DNA from: a virus
Taxonomy: Duplodnaviria > Heunggongvirae > Uroviricota > Caudoviricetes
DNA length: 64,000 nt
Direction: 5' to 3' (one strand)
Virus record (IMG/VR): IMGVR_UViG_3300037257_000073
Shown one piece after another: positions 37,880 to 48,966 of the stretch. Every line of letters starts with the position of its first letter. The first letter of the stretch is position 1. The notes under the pieces were generated by a model. That model was given only the letters and a program-made list of their open reading frames with translations, did no database searches and was not told where the DNA came from. A program made the position numbers and the translations under genes.

Positions 37880-40033
37880 TTAGATAATTGTTGAGATTTT
37901 CAACAACTTTTTCTTCTTATCAATACTTTTAAAAGCATTAGGTGATAACATTTCACAAGTTGTTCTATATAAACCACCTACTTTACGTAATTTCTCTAAT
38001 TGAACTTTTAATTCTTCAGTAGATAAAACTGTGGTTGGCTCAAAAAAAGGTTTAATGTGCTTAACTTCTTGTTTTTCATACTCATCTTTATTAATAAAGA
38101 AAGTTTGATTTCCAACAGATACTGGAATAGAATCTAAAGTTCTAGCAAAAGCTTCTGCTTCTCCTAAAGTTTTAAACCATTTTAATCCAATAGAATCTTT
38201 ATTTCCAGACCAATTCACACCTTTAAGATGAATTGCTTTAGGAGAATCAAATTTAAAACATGATTCACTAATACCAATTCCAATATCACCTTTTTTCATA
38301 ATAGATACACCTACAGGATCATTATCAATTGCAACAAAATAACCAAATTCACTAAGTTTTTCAATAATGATTTTATCAGGATGTTCTTTAGGAAGATATT
38401 GTTGAATTTCAGATAAATCAGTAATTAAAACTGGAGTATAATCTTTTAAACTTAAATATCCTTTTTTATCATGAAATTTAGAATCTGTATTTATATTTTC
38501 ACCCCAAAACTGATAAGAATTTTCTAAATGTGAAAATTTACTAATCCAAACACCTAATTTATACCATTTACCAACTTCAAATCTAGATACTTCTTTAGCC
38601 CAAACACCGTTATTAAATATCCTTGCACTAGCATTAGCACGTACAGGATTTGGATCAACAGGAATATAAATTTGAGTACTTTTATTATTGAAACTAAGAT
38701 TATAATTCTTAATATCAAAATCTAAAGTATTACGTAAATCAGTAAATCTTTTAAGAGGATATCTCTTTAGTATTTCTGTTTTAAATAACTCATGAGAATC
38801 ATATTCAGAAGTTGGAATTAAACCTTCTTCAGAAAATCCTTCAGATTCAAACCATTGTCCTTTATGAAATCCCCAAACAGAGTTTCTATGATACAAATGA
38901 ACGATGTAATCTTTCTTTTTATACCATTGCCCCCAAGGTAAATCTTTTTTAATAGGTTCAACAAATGGAGTAGTATCTTCAGGAATTTTTTCAGCCCATT
39001 TACCAGTATAAGCATTATAAATAATACCATTAGTGCCATTATCTTTAGTACCGATATTTCCACTACTATTAAATTTAGGAATATCTTTAACACATATACC
39101 TGTAATTGAAACTAAACCTGAAGTTGCAGAATTAAATTTAGTACCAATAGGATATTCTTTAATGGCACGTTCTAATAATGCAATTTTTGGATCTATAGGT
39201 TTTTCATCAGTTAAACGAGAAACTAATTCAAATTCCTCAAAAAATGTAGATGAATCACCAGCAAAACTAATTTTTTTACATTTTGAAAAATCAATATCAA
39301 TTGTAAGAATTTCTCCAATTTTACGAGAAACATATCCATTTACATTACCAATACATTTTACTTTATCACCAATTTTAAGAGTTTCATACCATTTAGGTTT
39401 ATTGACTGAATAATTATTCTCTTTACACCAAACTTCAAATGATAAAATTTCATAAGAACTAGCTTTATTAGAAGTACTAAAAAATGAATTATTAGGAGAA
39501 TTAATATCAATAATATCACCACACTCTCTATAACCAACTTTATCAATTCTTTTGAGCTTTGAAGCAGCAAAATCCCATTGTTGTTGATTAGCACAGTGAA
39601 CACCTTTAGGTTTATCAATAAATTCAGTAAGTTTACACATTTGTTCATAATTCATATCAAATTCAAACGTGTTGACACAAACTGCACCAATTCTTGTTTT
39701 ATTACAAATACGAACATTAATTTGTTCCATTTTTATAAAAACAAACTCTCTTTTAAGATAATTGATAATAACAATTGTTTTTTTGCTTTTTTCTTTTTCC
39801 CATTTTTTGATTGCTTTGTATTGTCCACGTCCAACAGTTATTCTTGGAATAACATCACAACCTTCTGGTGGAATAATATATAGCAGATCACAGCCCAACA
39901 TCTGCTCATTAGGATCAGCAGGATCATATTCAAATACGAGACATCCTCTTTTTTTAAGAATGTCTCGTATAATTTGAACATTAATCGGATTAGCAGATTT
40001 GGATGCTGAAAGAAATACTTTCAACTGTCCCAT
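37880..40033 (-). CDS. giant multi-repeat protein with a TIR-like or NDT-like N-terminal domain
   Basis: N-terminal KVFLSASKS...LLYIIPPEG; repeated KxGDxV/Trp-rich modules; C-terminal KWFKTLGEAEAFARTL shared with the 885-aa protein. Confidence 0.45.
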   Translation of the reverse strand: MGQLKVFLSASKSANPINVQIIRDILKKRGCLVFEYDPADPNEQMLGCDLLYIIPPEGCDVIPRITVGRGQYKAIKKWEKEKSKKTIVIINYLKREFVFIKMEQINVRICNKTRIGAVCVNTFEFDMNYEQMCKLTEFIDKPKGVHCANQQQWDFAASKLKRIDKVGYRECGDIIDINSPNNSFFSTSNKASSYEILSFEVWCKENNYSVNKPKWYETLKIGDKVKCIGNVNGYVSRKIGEILTIDIDFSKCKKISFAGDSSTFFEEFELVSRLTDEKPIDPKIALLERAIKEYPIGTKFNSATSGLVSITGICVKDIPKFNSSGNIGTKDNGTNGIIYNAYTGKWAEKIPEDTTPFVEPIKKDLPWGQWYKKKDYIVHLYHRNSVWGFHKGQWFESEGFSEEGLIPTSEYDSHELFKTEILKRYPLKRFTDLRNTLDFDIKNYNLSFNNKSTQIYIPVDPNPVRANASARIFNNGVWAKEVSRFEVGKWYKLGVWISKFSHLENSYQFWGENINTDSKFHDKKGYLSLKDYTPVLITDLSEIQQYLPKEHPDKIIIEKLSEFGYFVAIDNDPVGVSIMKKGDIGIGISESCFKFDSPKAIHLKGVNWSGNKDSIGLKWFKTLGEAEAFARTLDSIPVSVGNQTFFINKDEYEKQEVKHIKPFFEPTTVLSTEELKVQLEKLRKVGGLYRTTCEMLSPNAFKSIDKKKKLLKISTII

Positions 40034-40035
40034 AA

Positions 40036-40383
40036 CTACTCAGCTTTAGGTGCTTTTTCTTTACCTTCTGAAAACCAATTTGTATAAGTTTTCTTAGCGA
40101 CTTTCAAGTCAACTTCAGCGGCAAGTAATTCCACTTCAAGATCGTGAAGTTCAGCAGCCCATTTTTCTGCGTTGAAACCTGGTTTTACAACTTGTAGAGA
40201 TAAAGTTGTTTCCGGTGATAAATCAGATAATTGAGTAATTTGACGTTTGATGTCACGAACTTTCTTTTCGTTGGCACGTACGATTTCTTCAGTAGCGATT
40301 TTACAATCTTCTGCTACGTCTTTGGCTCTTTGAGCTTGAATTGCTTCTGGCTTACCAGCCAACATTGCTTCAAATTTATTCAT
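40036..40383 (-). CDS. coiled-coil protein
   Basis: ORF. Confidence 0.35.
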   Translation of the reverse strand: MNKFEAMLAGKPEAIQAQRAKDVAEDCKIATEEIVRANEKKVRDIKRQITQLSDLSPETTLSLQVVKPGFNAEKWAAELHDLEVELLAAEVDLKVAKKTYTNWFSEGKEKAPKAE

Positions 40384-40392
40384 TGTTTTTAA

Positions 40393-41325
40393 TTATTTAA
40401 GAGAATTAATAATGTTTTCTTTTTTCGATTTAAACACTTGTTCTGTGTGATCAGATGTAAATCCGTATTCAGCAACTAAGTGAGGACATTTCATAACCTT
40501 ATTATACAAATTGTTAGGAAATGTATCTAACATAATATTGTTAGCTGCGGCAATAGTTTGACATTCTTTTTCAAGATTAAAATAGCCTTCACGTTGAGAT
40601 TCAATAAAGTTACTTAGGTCTACATAGAATCGAGTAAATTGATCATAAGGAATTTGTTGATTTTCTTGCATCCATTTCCAGGTTACATTTTGACCATCTT
40701 TACGATTTTCCATAATGATTTTAGTTACTTGAATGAACATATCTTTGTCCATACCGGTAATCTTTTCTTTAGTTGAATAAGTTTTCCACATTTTATCAAA
40801 AAAACCTTTCTTTTCTTTAACCTTTTGGTCAAGAGCGTGTGTATAAGTTACATTTTGATTATAAACAACGGATGCTTTTTCAAAGTGACCATAAGCGATA
40901 GTACCAATCCAATATAGACCAAATATAATCACTAAACCAATAAAGTATTTCTTAACTGAAAACTTTTTATCGGGAACATCATCATCATCATCTTCAATTA
41001 TATTATCTGTAAACGGTCCATCTTCACCTGTTCCATTACAGATCAGTTGAATTACATACAACATACAAGCAACACCTGAGAAGATGTACCAAACGATGTT
41101 AAACATGATATGAAATGCCCCAAAGGAACCATTTAAATCATGAGGGAATTCCATGTAATAAGTTAAACACGAAATAAAAAGAATCACTGAACATATCAAT
41201 CCACCTAATAAGGCAAATTGACCTTTTGTAAATTTTGTTTTCATTGTTTTTGTTTTGTTTTGTTTTGATTTAAAAATTGAAATGCATTCCATAGCCTTAC
41301 ATAGTGGCAGTATAAAGAGTTTCAC
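40393..41325 (-). CDS. membrane protein with an acidic patch
   Basis: TM segments, DDDDD run. Confidence 0.4.
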   Translation of the reverse strand: MKLFILPLCKAMECISIFKSKQNKTKTMKTKFTKGQFALLGGLICSVILFISCLTYYMEFPHDLNGSFGAFHIMFNIVWYIFSGVACMLYVIQLICNGTGEDGPFTDNIIEDDDDDVPDKKFSVKKYFIGLVIIFGLYWIGTIAYGHFEKASVVYNQNVTYTHALDQKVKEKKGFFDKMWKTYSTKEKITGMDKDMFIQVTKIIMENRKDGQNVTWKWMQENQQIPYDQFTRFYVDLSNFIESQREGYFNLEKECQTIAAANNIMLDTFPNNLYNKVMKCPHLVAEYGFTSDHTEQVFKSKKENIINSLK

Positions 41326-41395
41326 CTATATACCAAACCATCCACTATTCAGAGGGTTCCTATATGCTAACCGAGAGTTACGCGCTTCCTTTCAA

Positions 41396-42138
41396 TTAAA
41401 TTTCGACAGCTAAATACATATTAAGTAAGGATTGATGTCCATTACCTAATGATCCAACTGGTCGTGTATTATTTTGTAAATCAATATACGAGAATTTACC
41501 GGATGTTTCATCATATAATAATGATACAATGTTTAATCCATCTTCTTTAAGTTTTTCAGTTAATCCTGCTGAAAGATCTTTAACAGTCATTGCAAAATTC
41601 TGAATAGTAAGACAATGAAGTAAATCAAATAACATACAATGTTTAAGAATTTCACCTTTTGGTAATACTTTAAATAATGTAAGAATTGATTCCATTGCAG
41701 TAAATAATCGAGTTGTGGTTGACATGTATTTTGGATAGGTGCCCTCTTTAACATCAGCATTATATGTTACAAGAAGTTCTTTAACTTTGCCTTCTACAAT
41801 ACGACAACTAAATGTTCCATTTTCAAAAACACAGTCATTTTACCTGATATTTCTTCAGGATTAATAAACGTATGATTGAATATAAATTGACACAAATCTT
41901 CACCAGTTTCACCAATATAACCTAAGTCAGCAAACATTCCTGAATACTTACCTAAATCAATAAATGTAAACATTGAAGAAAAATATACAATTTTATTAAT
42001 CATTGTTTTACCTGAACCATTTTCACCACACATTAAAGACAATGATCTTAATTCCATTGTACTTATATGCATTTTTAATGGTTGATCAAGCTCGCATTCA
42101 ATGTTACGAGCTTGACCTAATGCTGTTTTGTCAACCAT
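41396..42138 (-). pseudogene. ABC/AAA_21-like ATPase split by a -1 frameshift
   Basis: Walker A GENGSGKT in the 41794-42138 frame; signature-like LSAGL and Walker B LLYDETS in the 41396-41725 frame; frames overlap around GGTAAAATG. Confidence 0.4.
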
Positions 42139-42512
42139 TACTTACGTAATTTTTCCAATTCTTCAATTGAAAGACCTTCACGAGCTTCACCTTGTTTCTT
42201 AGCAATAAGGGCATCGATTTCAGCATTATGTTTTTTGACATCAGCAGCAGTTTTACGTGCTTCTTGTTCTGCAACAAGGGTATCAAGAACATCGCTTACA
42301 ATAGCTAATTTCAATTTTAAAATTTCAGTATCTTTTGATTTAACTTGAGTAGCTCTACGAGAGGTCTTTTCAAGTTTTGATACTTCTTCTTGAAGTAATT
42401 CTTCTGTGTTAATAAGGTCATTAACATTAGCAGACCATAACTGCTCAACTGATAATAAACCTACGCCAATAACGGCGATACGTAATTTTGCTTTACTCGC
42501 TTGTTTGTACAT
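42138..42512 (-). CDS. coiled-coil protein with an N-terminal hydrophobic segment
   Basis: ORF. Confidence 0.35.
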   Translation of the reverse strand: MYKQASKAKLRIAVIGVGLLSVEQLWSANVNDLINTEELLQEEVSKLEKTSRRATQVKSKDTEILKLKLAIVSDVLDTLVAEQEARKTAADVKKHNAEIDALIAKKQGEAREGLSIEELEKLRK

Positions 42513-42701
42513 AAGCTTTTTTGTTTTAATTAATAATTGTGTATTTTAAAAAATGGTGTGTATTTTCACTCACATCTAATATAACCCTAAGAAGATTACT
42601 AAGTTAATGTGTGAGTATCGATCAATTGTTTCCAATTGGCTGAATCCAGCAGCGACGTCTTCCCGTTTTATACACATACGCGTTTTTACCATTTTATTTT
42701 G

Positions 42702-42787
42702 TATGGATAAAAGGATTTGAACCTCCGACCTCCGGCTAATGTTTTTGTCTTGCTGCCGACGCTCTAACCAGGCTGAGCTATATCCAA
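42702..42787 (-). other. aberrant tRNA-like element with an 18-nt anticodon loop
   Basis: normal D-arm GCTC/GAGC and T-arm GGAGG-TTCAAAT-CCTTT; stem TCGGC/GCCGG encloses AGCAAGACAAAAACATTA. Confidence 0.4.
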
Positions 42788-42956
42788 AGGGTTTTTATGC
42801 TTCAGAGTACTTCTTACCCATTTGTACCATAAGTACGCAATCGGTATTAGTTACTCCATTAGCAATCGCGTGAGCGGATACATTAGATCCTGATGCAACA
42901 TATGCATTGTAAAAATCAACTAATTGTTTTTTCATTTGTTTGAATTATTTTAGAAT

Positions 42957-43247
42957 TTAATTTTTAAGTTCACTATATGTTGCAACTCCATCTTTAATGG
43001 TTACTACAACTTTAATATCAATTCCTCTTACTCCTTCTTCAGTAGTAAGTTCGTAATTTTTGCCATTGAATTTAATATCAATAACATAACCACCCCAAGT
43101 TCCACTATAAATTCCATCAGGAAGTGTTACTTCCTGTGGAACTTTTACTGTTATTTTTGTGATTTTTCCCATCTTAAAACTTAATTTTAAGCATACGTTT
43201 AAATGAACCTTGTACTTTGACAATAAGTTCATCACGAACAGTTGCAT
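42957..43247 (-). CDS. hypothetical protein
   Basis: ORF. Confidence 0.35.
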   Translation of the reverse strand: MQLFVMNLLSKYKVHLNVCLKLSFKMGKITKITVKVPQEVTLPDGIYSGTWGGYVIDIKFNGKNYELTTEEGVRGIDIKVVVTIKDGVATYSELKN

Positions 43248-45330
43248 TGAAACCTAAACCAGATAACTGCTTATCTGCCGGTGCTATCATAGTGGTGTTA
43301 CCCAATACTTCAAGTACTTTACGATGTTCTGCTAATTCAGGTATTAAGTTCTCTGCGTGGAAACTACGAATAGAAGATGGAGATTTACATTTGTCTAACA
43401 TGAAGAAGTAATGTTTGTTTCCAACATTATTATCTCCCCAATGATTCGGACTCAAGCAAACTAAGTTTACTTTATGAAATTCATTGGTTTGTATATTGTA
43501 AAGTTCTCTTGAACCATTAACTGGTTCAATTTTATGATCAATAGTAAATTTACCATTTTTCAATGTAACTTCAGCAATAGTAACCCATTGATGACATTTA
43601 GTTGCAGGATATTCATATTGAAAGATTTCTCCATCAAATTCAATTTCTGCTTTACCACGACCACCTGTTGTTCTAAAATTCCAATTATGAATTTTACAAA
43701 TATACTTACCTTCTGGCATTTTGTTAATGTCAGGAAAAGTAATATTCTCAACAGGAATATATCCTGCTGGGGCTGCTGAAGTATAATCAACATCTTGAAC
43801 GCCACCAGATTGACTATCAGTACGATTATTCCAACCAACACGTCGTCCAGAACCATATGTATTATGAACAATATCATCGGCACGATGAGAATTACCAGGC
43901 ATGAATACATGTAAATCCATTAATGATTGATTAGGTTCTAGTTCATTCCAAGAATGACTAAAACGAAATACACCATCAACACGACCACCTGATGCAGAAA
44001 CTGCTTCACGTAACTGAGATTTACCAGCTAAATTACCATTGAACGTCCAACTATAGTTGTTATCCCATTTAAATATTGACTTAGAATCCGGATTATTAGC
44101 AGTAGTTAATGACACCATATTACCACCGTGATTGTTTGCTAAGAAAGCTTCAACTGATATACAAGCAGGAAGGATATCCTTCATAAATGATTCAATAGAT
44201 ACTTCTTTAACATCATCAAACTCGCTACGTTTGTGACGAGTTGACACAGCCGGTTTAACAGAATCAAAAATTGATACAGATGGAATACTACCATCACCTA
44301 CATTACTATGGAGAATTTCAGCAACTTTGATGTCGTCGAGAATTGCAAAACGTCGATTAAACGATTCAGTGTATCCGTTATTTTCCACAAACTTTTGAGC
44401 TTCCTCAATTTGTTTCTTAGTAATAGGTGCGACAGCTTTCATATAGTTAGCCGGATCAACACGTTTGTTCCAAGATTGGACAGCAGCATTTAACTCTTTA
44501 CCTTCTGATAACTCCGAGCATAACACTCCAAGTAACTCATTTCTGAATTTTGCAATAGGTAAATTGTAAGATTTTATCCAACACCATGCAGCACGTTTGT
44601 TAGCAGCAAGAGCATCATATTCTTTTTTCAAAGGTATGAATTGCTCAACTTTATACAAATGTGTTTGACCATCAAGTAATGAACCTTGAATAATCAAATC
44701 TTTTACAAGATTCAATGTATCAATGTGAATTTCTTGCATGGCGCGTTCAAATACTTCTTTCGAAGATCTGAAATCAGCCATAATTGTTGCACTTGACTTA
44801 CCAGTCTTATCAACATACATAGCTGGAATATCCAGGTGCATATGATTGAATGTAACTACTTCGTTAGGTTTAACAACACCGAATTTTTCAGCTTCTTCTC
44901 TGGTATAACGTTTATCGTTTTTGTCAATACCTAAACGAAACTTAGTAAGAGTTTTCTTACATTGTTCATAAGGTAATGAATTCAATTCATCATACGTTTC
45001 CGTGAAAATGTTTGCTATTGGAGCTTTACTTAAAGCAGCAGACAACGCGATTGTTACAGGTAAGAATTCACCAGGGCCTTCAAAATCAAATAATGAAAGA
45101 ATTCCATTAGCTGGTGTGATTGCTACGATATTACCGTAACGACGAAGGAAATTCTTACACAAATTACAATTGTGTTCAGAACTTTCCGGATCTCTAAACA
45201 TAGGATCATCTTCAAATGATTTGAGATATAAATCCCACACTTGATCACCCGTCATTTCAGACCTGAAAAGTTTACCCACTTCACACATTAGTGCAAGTTG
45301 GGCTTGAAGTTGTTTGTTAAAATTTAACAT
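43174..45330 (-). CDS. large hypothetical protein (718 aa)
   Basis: uninterrupted ORF; every Trp is TGG. Confidence 0.5.
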   Translation of the reverse strand: MLNFNKQLQAQLALMCEVGKLFRSEMTGDQVWDLYLKSFEDDPMFRDPESSEHNCNLCKNFLRRYGNIVAITPANGILSLFDFEGPGEFLPVTIALSAALSKAPIANIFTETYDELNSLPYEQCKKTLTKFRLGIDKNDKRYTREEAEKFGVVKPNEVVTFNHMHLDIPAMYVDKTGKSSATIMADFRSSKEVFERAMQEIHIDTLNLVKDLIIQGSLLDGQTHLYKVEQFIPLKKEYDALAANKRAAWCWIKSYNLPIAKFRNELLGVLCSELSEGKELNAAVQSWNKRVDPANYMKAVAPITKKQIEEAQKFVENNGYTESFNRRFAILDDIKVAEILHSNVGDGSIPSVSIFDSVKPAVSTRHKRSEFDDVKEVSIESFMKDILPACISVEAFLANNHGGNMVSLTTANNPDSKSIFKWDNNYSWTFNGNLAGKSQLREAVSASGGRVDGVFRFSHSWNELEPNQSLMDLHVFMPGNSHRADDIVHNTYGSGRRVGWNNRTDSQSGGVQDVDYTSAAPAGYIPVENITFPDINKMPEGKYICKIHNWNFRTTGGRGKAEIEFDGEIFQYEYPATKCHQWVTIAEVTLKNGKFTIDHKIEPVNGSRELYNIQTNEFHKVNLVCLSPNHWGDNNVGNKHYFFMLDKCKSPSSIRSFHAENLIPELAEHRKVLEVLGNTTMIAPADKQLSGLGFNATVRDELIVKVQGSFKRMLKIKF

Positions 45331-45334
45331 GATT

Positions 45335-45541
45335 TTACTTGTTACGAGTTAATCGATTTTTTAACGTTTCAAGTTCTTTTTGAATACGTGCACGATCAGC
45401 ATCAGTAAGTGGTACAATACCAGCAGTTTTAGTTTGCTTAGTACCAGCTTTTAACTGTGTTTCCAATCTTTCGATTACTGATTTGCGACGTATAATTACT
45501 TTCAACTCCATTGAGTGGTTAACTCCATTCTTCTTCTTCAT
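45335..45541 (-). CDS. small basic protein
   Basis: ORF. Confidence 0.35.
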   Translation of the reverse strand: MKKKNGVNHSMELKVIIRRKSVIERLETQLKAGTKQTKTAGIVPLTDADRARIQKELETLKNRLTRNK

Positions 45542-45629
45542 AAGAACTTCTTTGTTAATTTATTAATAATATTGATTTGTTTTGAAAAAACCTATTAGCA
45601 CAAAGTCCTTTCGGTATCTCTGACTTCAA

Positions 45630-45655
45630 AGACAGGCTAGGACTCGAACCTATAT
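45630..45655 (-). other. tRNA 3' fragment (T-arm plus 3' acceptor strand)
   Basis: ATAGG-TTCGAGT-CCTAG then CCTGTCT; no matching 5' half. Confidence 0.3.
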
Positions 45656-45923
45656 CTCACTTTCATGTATGCTATTGTAGCGACTCTACAGCTACTCCAT
45701 TTACTTAACCACATGCCCAACTAATAAGTTTAAAAAAAGAATTGTCAATCCTTTCCAAAGAGATTGAAATTATATTAACCATAAAAATAATATATCTATA
45801 ACTCTAATATTTGATCTATGGAATTAATGAACTCATACCATTTCAAGTATAATGCTAAGGTGAGGACTTTGGTTTCTCACAATATTTATTCACGATCAAC
45901 TAATTAGCAATTCTCTTATTTGT

Positions 45924-47030
45924 TTACTGAATGATATGAGGTACAAAATACGACATGTTGTCAGTAATTCTTGACGATGTTTCACGGATACCAAAACCAC
46001 AAGACTCTCCACCAATAACCCACGATCCTAAGATCGGATACATTCCATCAAAAGACGGTATATCAACAAGTTCTTGGAAGATAAATCCTTCTTCTCCATA
46101 TTCACCTTCAGTTTCTTCAAGAACTTCACCATTTTTTACAAGGGTTACGTTAGCACCTTCTCTTGAGAATATTGGTTTTTTACAATAGTTACCAGGAAGC
46201 GGTTGATCAGAAGCTTTTAATACGTATGGAGAATTAGGAAACAATTTGGCTACAATAGTAAGTAAATACTTGTTGCTCATAACGGCTTTCCAAAGAGGTT
46301 CGATGAATGTTGTTGCACATACAGGAATAGTTTTTCCAAACTCTTCGTTGAACATCCATTCATATGGATACAATTTAAAAAGAACATCAAGGTTATTACC
46401 ATCAGCGTCAGTAAACAATTCATCATTCGAATGAATTTCTTCAACATCCATCAACGTTACATTCAATCCAGCTTCAGCAGCAGTTGATAGTATGTATGCA
46501 GTGGTAGTATGATCTTCAAGATTTTCTTTACCACATGCAAAATAATACATATCCGATTGATATTGTGTATGAATGTCTTTCCAACTTTGAATAAGGGCTT
46601 CATGAATTGAATTGAACTGATCATTACCAGGATATACTTCTTCTTTCCACATCCATTGTACAATGGCTGCTTCAAATAGAGATGTCGGGGTATCAGCATT
46701 AAATTCAAGACATTTTGGAACACCATTGATAAATGCAAAATCAAAGCGACCATACAGTGACAATTCATCACTATTCCACGAGTCAACGATTACTGGAATC
46801 ATTTCAGCGGGGATATGTAATTTGTCCCAAAGATTATTATCAATAACATGTTGTACGGCAGCACAATACATTTGATAACATTCAACAGTTGCTTTTTCAA
46901 TTTCTTCAATTTCTTTTGATGAAAAAGAATACACGGCATTTTCGAGCCAATAGTTTTCATTGAATTCGAAACCTAAATCAGATAATTTTTGTTTATAATC
47001 TGATCTAGGATTTATTTTAAGTCTAATCAT
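45924..47030 (-). CDS. glutathionylspermidine synthase-like ATP-grasp protein
   Basis: YGRFDFAF and GSWVIGGESCGFGIRE motifs. Confidence 0.55.
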   Translation of the reverse strand: MIRLKINPRSDYKQKLSDLGFEFNENYWLENAVYSFSSKEIEEIEKATVECYQMYCAAVQHVIDNNLWDKLHIPAEMIPVIVDSWNSDELSLYGRFDFAFINGVPKCLEFNADTPTSLFEAAIVQWMWKEEVYPGNDQFNSIHEALIQSWKDIHTQYQSDMYYFACGKENLEDHTTTAYILSTAAEAGLNVTLMDVEEIHSNDELFTDADGNNLDVLFKLYPYEWMFNEEFGKTIPVCATTFIEPLWKAVMSNKYLLTIVAKLFPNSPYVLKASDQPLPGNYCKKPIFSREGANVTLVKNGEVLEETEGEYGEEGFIFQELVDIPSFDGMYPILGSWVIGGESCGFGIRETSSRITDNMSYFVPHIIQ

Positions 47031-47106
47031 TTTATGTTTTGTAAATGTTTTTGTTAAATAATTGAGGGATTTAACAATGTAAATCCCTCATTTTCTTTAT
47101 CGAAAA

Positions 47107-47517
47107 TCAACCACCGAAACCGTGACCACCACCGAAGCTATGACCTGATGATCCAAATCCACCTGAGCGAGATGATGAACCAGTACTATGTGAACCACTG
47201 AACATTGATGAACGAGTTGGTGCTGCAGTACGGAAAGCCGGTACAGATGACGGACGAGTAATTACATGATTTGCAGAATTACGATAAGTTCCAGAAGAAG
47301 GATAATAATGGGTTACACCTGAAGGACGACCGTTCATAGATGAATAAATCATCCAATAACCAGCGCTATTCCATACAGAGCGATTACCACTTTCATCATA
47401 GTATTCTTGCCCCGCTGTTGGTGACATAGGATACCCTGAATTTCTTCTACAAGAAGTTGCGCTTCCTGCTACCGCTAAAGCTACTAAAGCGGCAAAAATT
47501 GCATGCGTTTTTTTCAT
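47107..47517 (-). CDS. lipoprotein with a Gly/Ser-rich tail
   Basis: signal plus lipobox ..AGSATSC. Confidence 0.45.
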   Translation of the reverse strand: MKKTHAIFAALVALAVAGSATSCRRNSGYPMSPTAGQEYYDESGNRSVWNSAGYWMIYSSMNGRPSGVTHYYPSSGTYRNSANHVITRPSSVPAFRTAAPTRSSMFSGSHSTGSSSRSGGFGSSGHSFGGGHGFGG

Positions 47518-47548
47518 AAAAACTTTATTTAATTAAACTTAGAATTTT

Positions 47549-48685
47549 TTATTTAATAATGAAAAGATCACATCGTCTATTAGGACGATATTTCATTTTT
47601 GGATCATTAAGTTTACCACGTCCATCAGTACAAATCCTTTTAGGATCTATTCTCCAGATTTCAACCAACTCTTTTTTAACACGAGCAACACGTTTGTCAC
47701 TTAGTTTAAAATTGTAAGGTTCGTTACCAATATAATCACAATAACCTAAAATATCAACTTTAAATTTAGGATTATCTTGTAGAATTTCTGCAAATTTAGA
47801 TATAGTAATAAGAGCCCAATCATCAAGATCAGCTTTATCAAAATCAAAATATACTGCGGGAATGTCTTCAACAAGAATATTAGTATCTTTGATACAAGTA
47901 TTTTCTGTCCGGTTTAACACATAAGAAGTTAAAGTATCCAATTTATCCGATTGTTTTTTAACCTTTTTATTAAGATCATAAACACGTGCAGATACTTTTG
48001 ATAATTCTAATTGTAATGTATTATCTTTAACAGGATAACGTTTAGGGTTAAATTTATATGAAATAAATATAGTTCCTAAACCTACTCGGTCATTAGTAAC
48101 ACCTTTCCATCCATGTAATCCTTCTAAGTTATCTTTATTAAAACATATATAAGATACCTTAGCGCCAACATCAATCCGATCTGAAGCATTATACTTCAGA
48201 GAAATTGATGTTGGCATGGTAACGGCATTGCCGTATGAATCAGGTAATGAATGAAATCCATATTTATAATATGCATAACCAATTCCTATAGACCCATTAA
48301 CAGTCCATTTAGTTTTAGTATATGGAAACATTAAATGTGTAAAATCAACAGTACCATTAATAGCTATTGTAGATATTTTAGTTGTAACATTAATCAAAGA
48401 ACTTTGAGCTAATGGTATAATATAATATTGAGTATTAGCATTAATAGGTACATAATATCCATTTAAACTTAAACCATATACTGGAGTTAGTTTATATTCA
48501 ATATTACCACCAATTGTAGGATTCCAATTTGAGGTTGGAAATGTGTTTACAAGAGCTTGATTGATGTCACCATCAAAACGATTAACACCAGCTTCTACTG
48601 TTGCAGTCCATTTGGAATACATTGGTTTAAAAGCGAACATACTCATACTTAATGAGAGTAATACAATGATTAAAACTTTTTTCAT
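47549..48685 (-). CDS. OmpA-family outer-membrane protein (beta-barrel plus OmpA C-terminal domain)
   Basis: signal peptide; alternating beta-strand N-terminal half; C-terminal LSDKRVARVK...NRRCDLFI OmpA-like peptidoglycan-binding motif. Confidence 0.55.
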   Translation of the reverse strand: MKKVLIIVLLSLSMSMFAFKPMYSKWTATVEAGVNRFDGDINQALVNTFPTSNWNPTIGGNIEYKLTPVYGLSLNGYYVPINANTQYYIIPLAQSSLINVTTKISTIAINGTVDFTHLMFPYTKTKWTVNGSIGIGYAYYKYGFHSLPDSYGNAVTMPTSISLKYNASDRIDVGAKVSYICFNKDNLEGLHGWKGVTNDRVGLGTIFISYKFNPKRYPVKDNTLQLELSKVSARVYDLNKKVKKQSDKLDTLTSYVLNRTENTCIKDTNILVEDIPAVYFDFDKADLDDWALITISKFAEILQDNPKFKVDILGYCDYIGNEPYNFKLSDKRVARVKKELVEIWRIDPKRICTDGRGKLNDPKMKYRPNRRCDLFIIK

Positions 48686-48964
48686 TTATTTTGTATTTTT
48701 AGGCCAAGTTAAGGCTGTTAGAATTGCTTTTAATTTTTCTTCGGTTAATAAACCATCATGATCAAAATTATGAATACAAATTAAATCTGTAATCTTTTTA
48801 GGATCTTTATGATCAGAAGAACAAATCCATATCATTTCATTTGCTTCACCAACACATCCTAATGACAGATGCCTATCACGACCTAAGTCATAGATTAAAG
48901 CACCTGTTATTGTAAAATGTGGGAGTGGATTAAATCCTAAAGCTATTGCTTCGTCTTTAGTCAT
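48686..48964 (-). CDS. hypothetical protein
   Basis: ORF. Confidence 0.35.
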   Translation of the reverse strand: MTKDEAIALGFNPLPHFTITGALIYDLGRDRHLSLGCVGEANEMIWICSSDHKDPKKITDLICIHNFDHDGLLTEEKLKAILTALTWPKNTK

Positions 48965-48966
48965 TA

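Noticed and set aside
45542-45923. Prophage attachment site suggested by the tRNA 3' fragment
   Set aside because: No integrase or recombinase was recognised in the window. The fragment is more simply a remnant of HNH-associated rearrangement.
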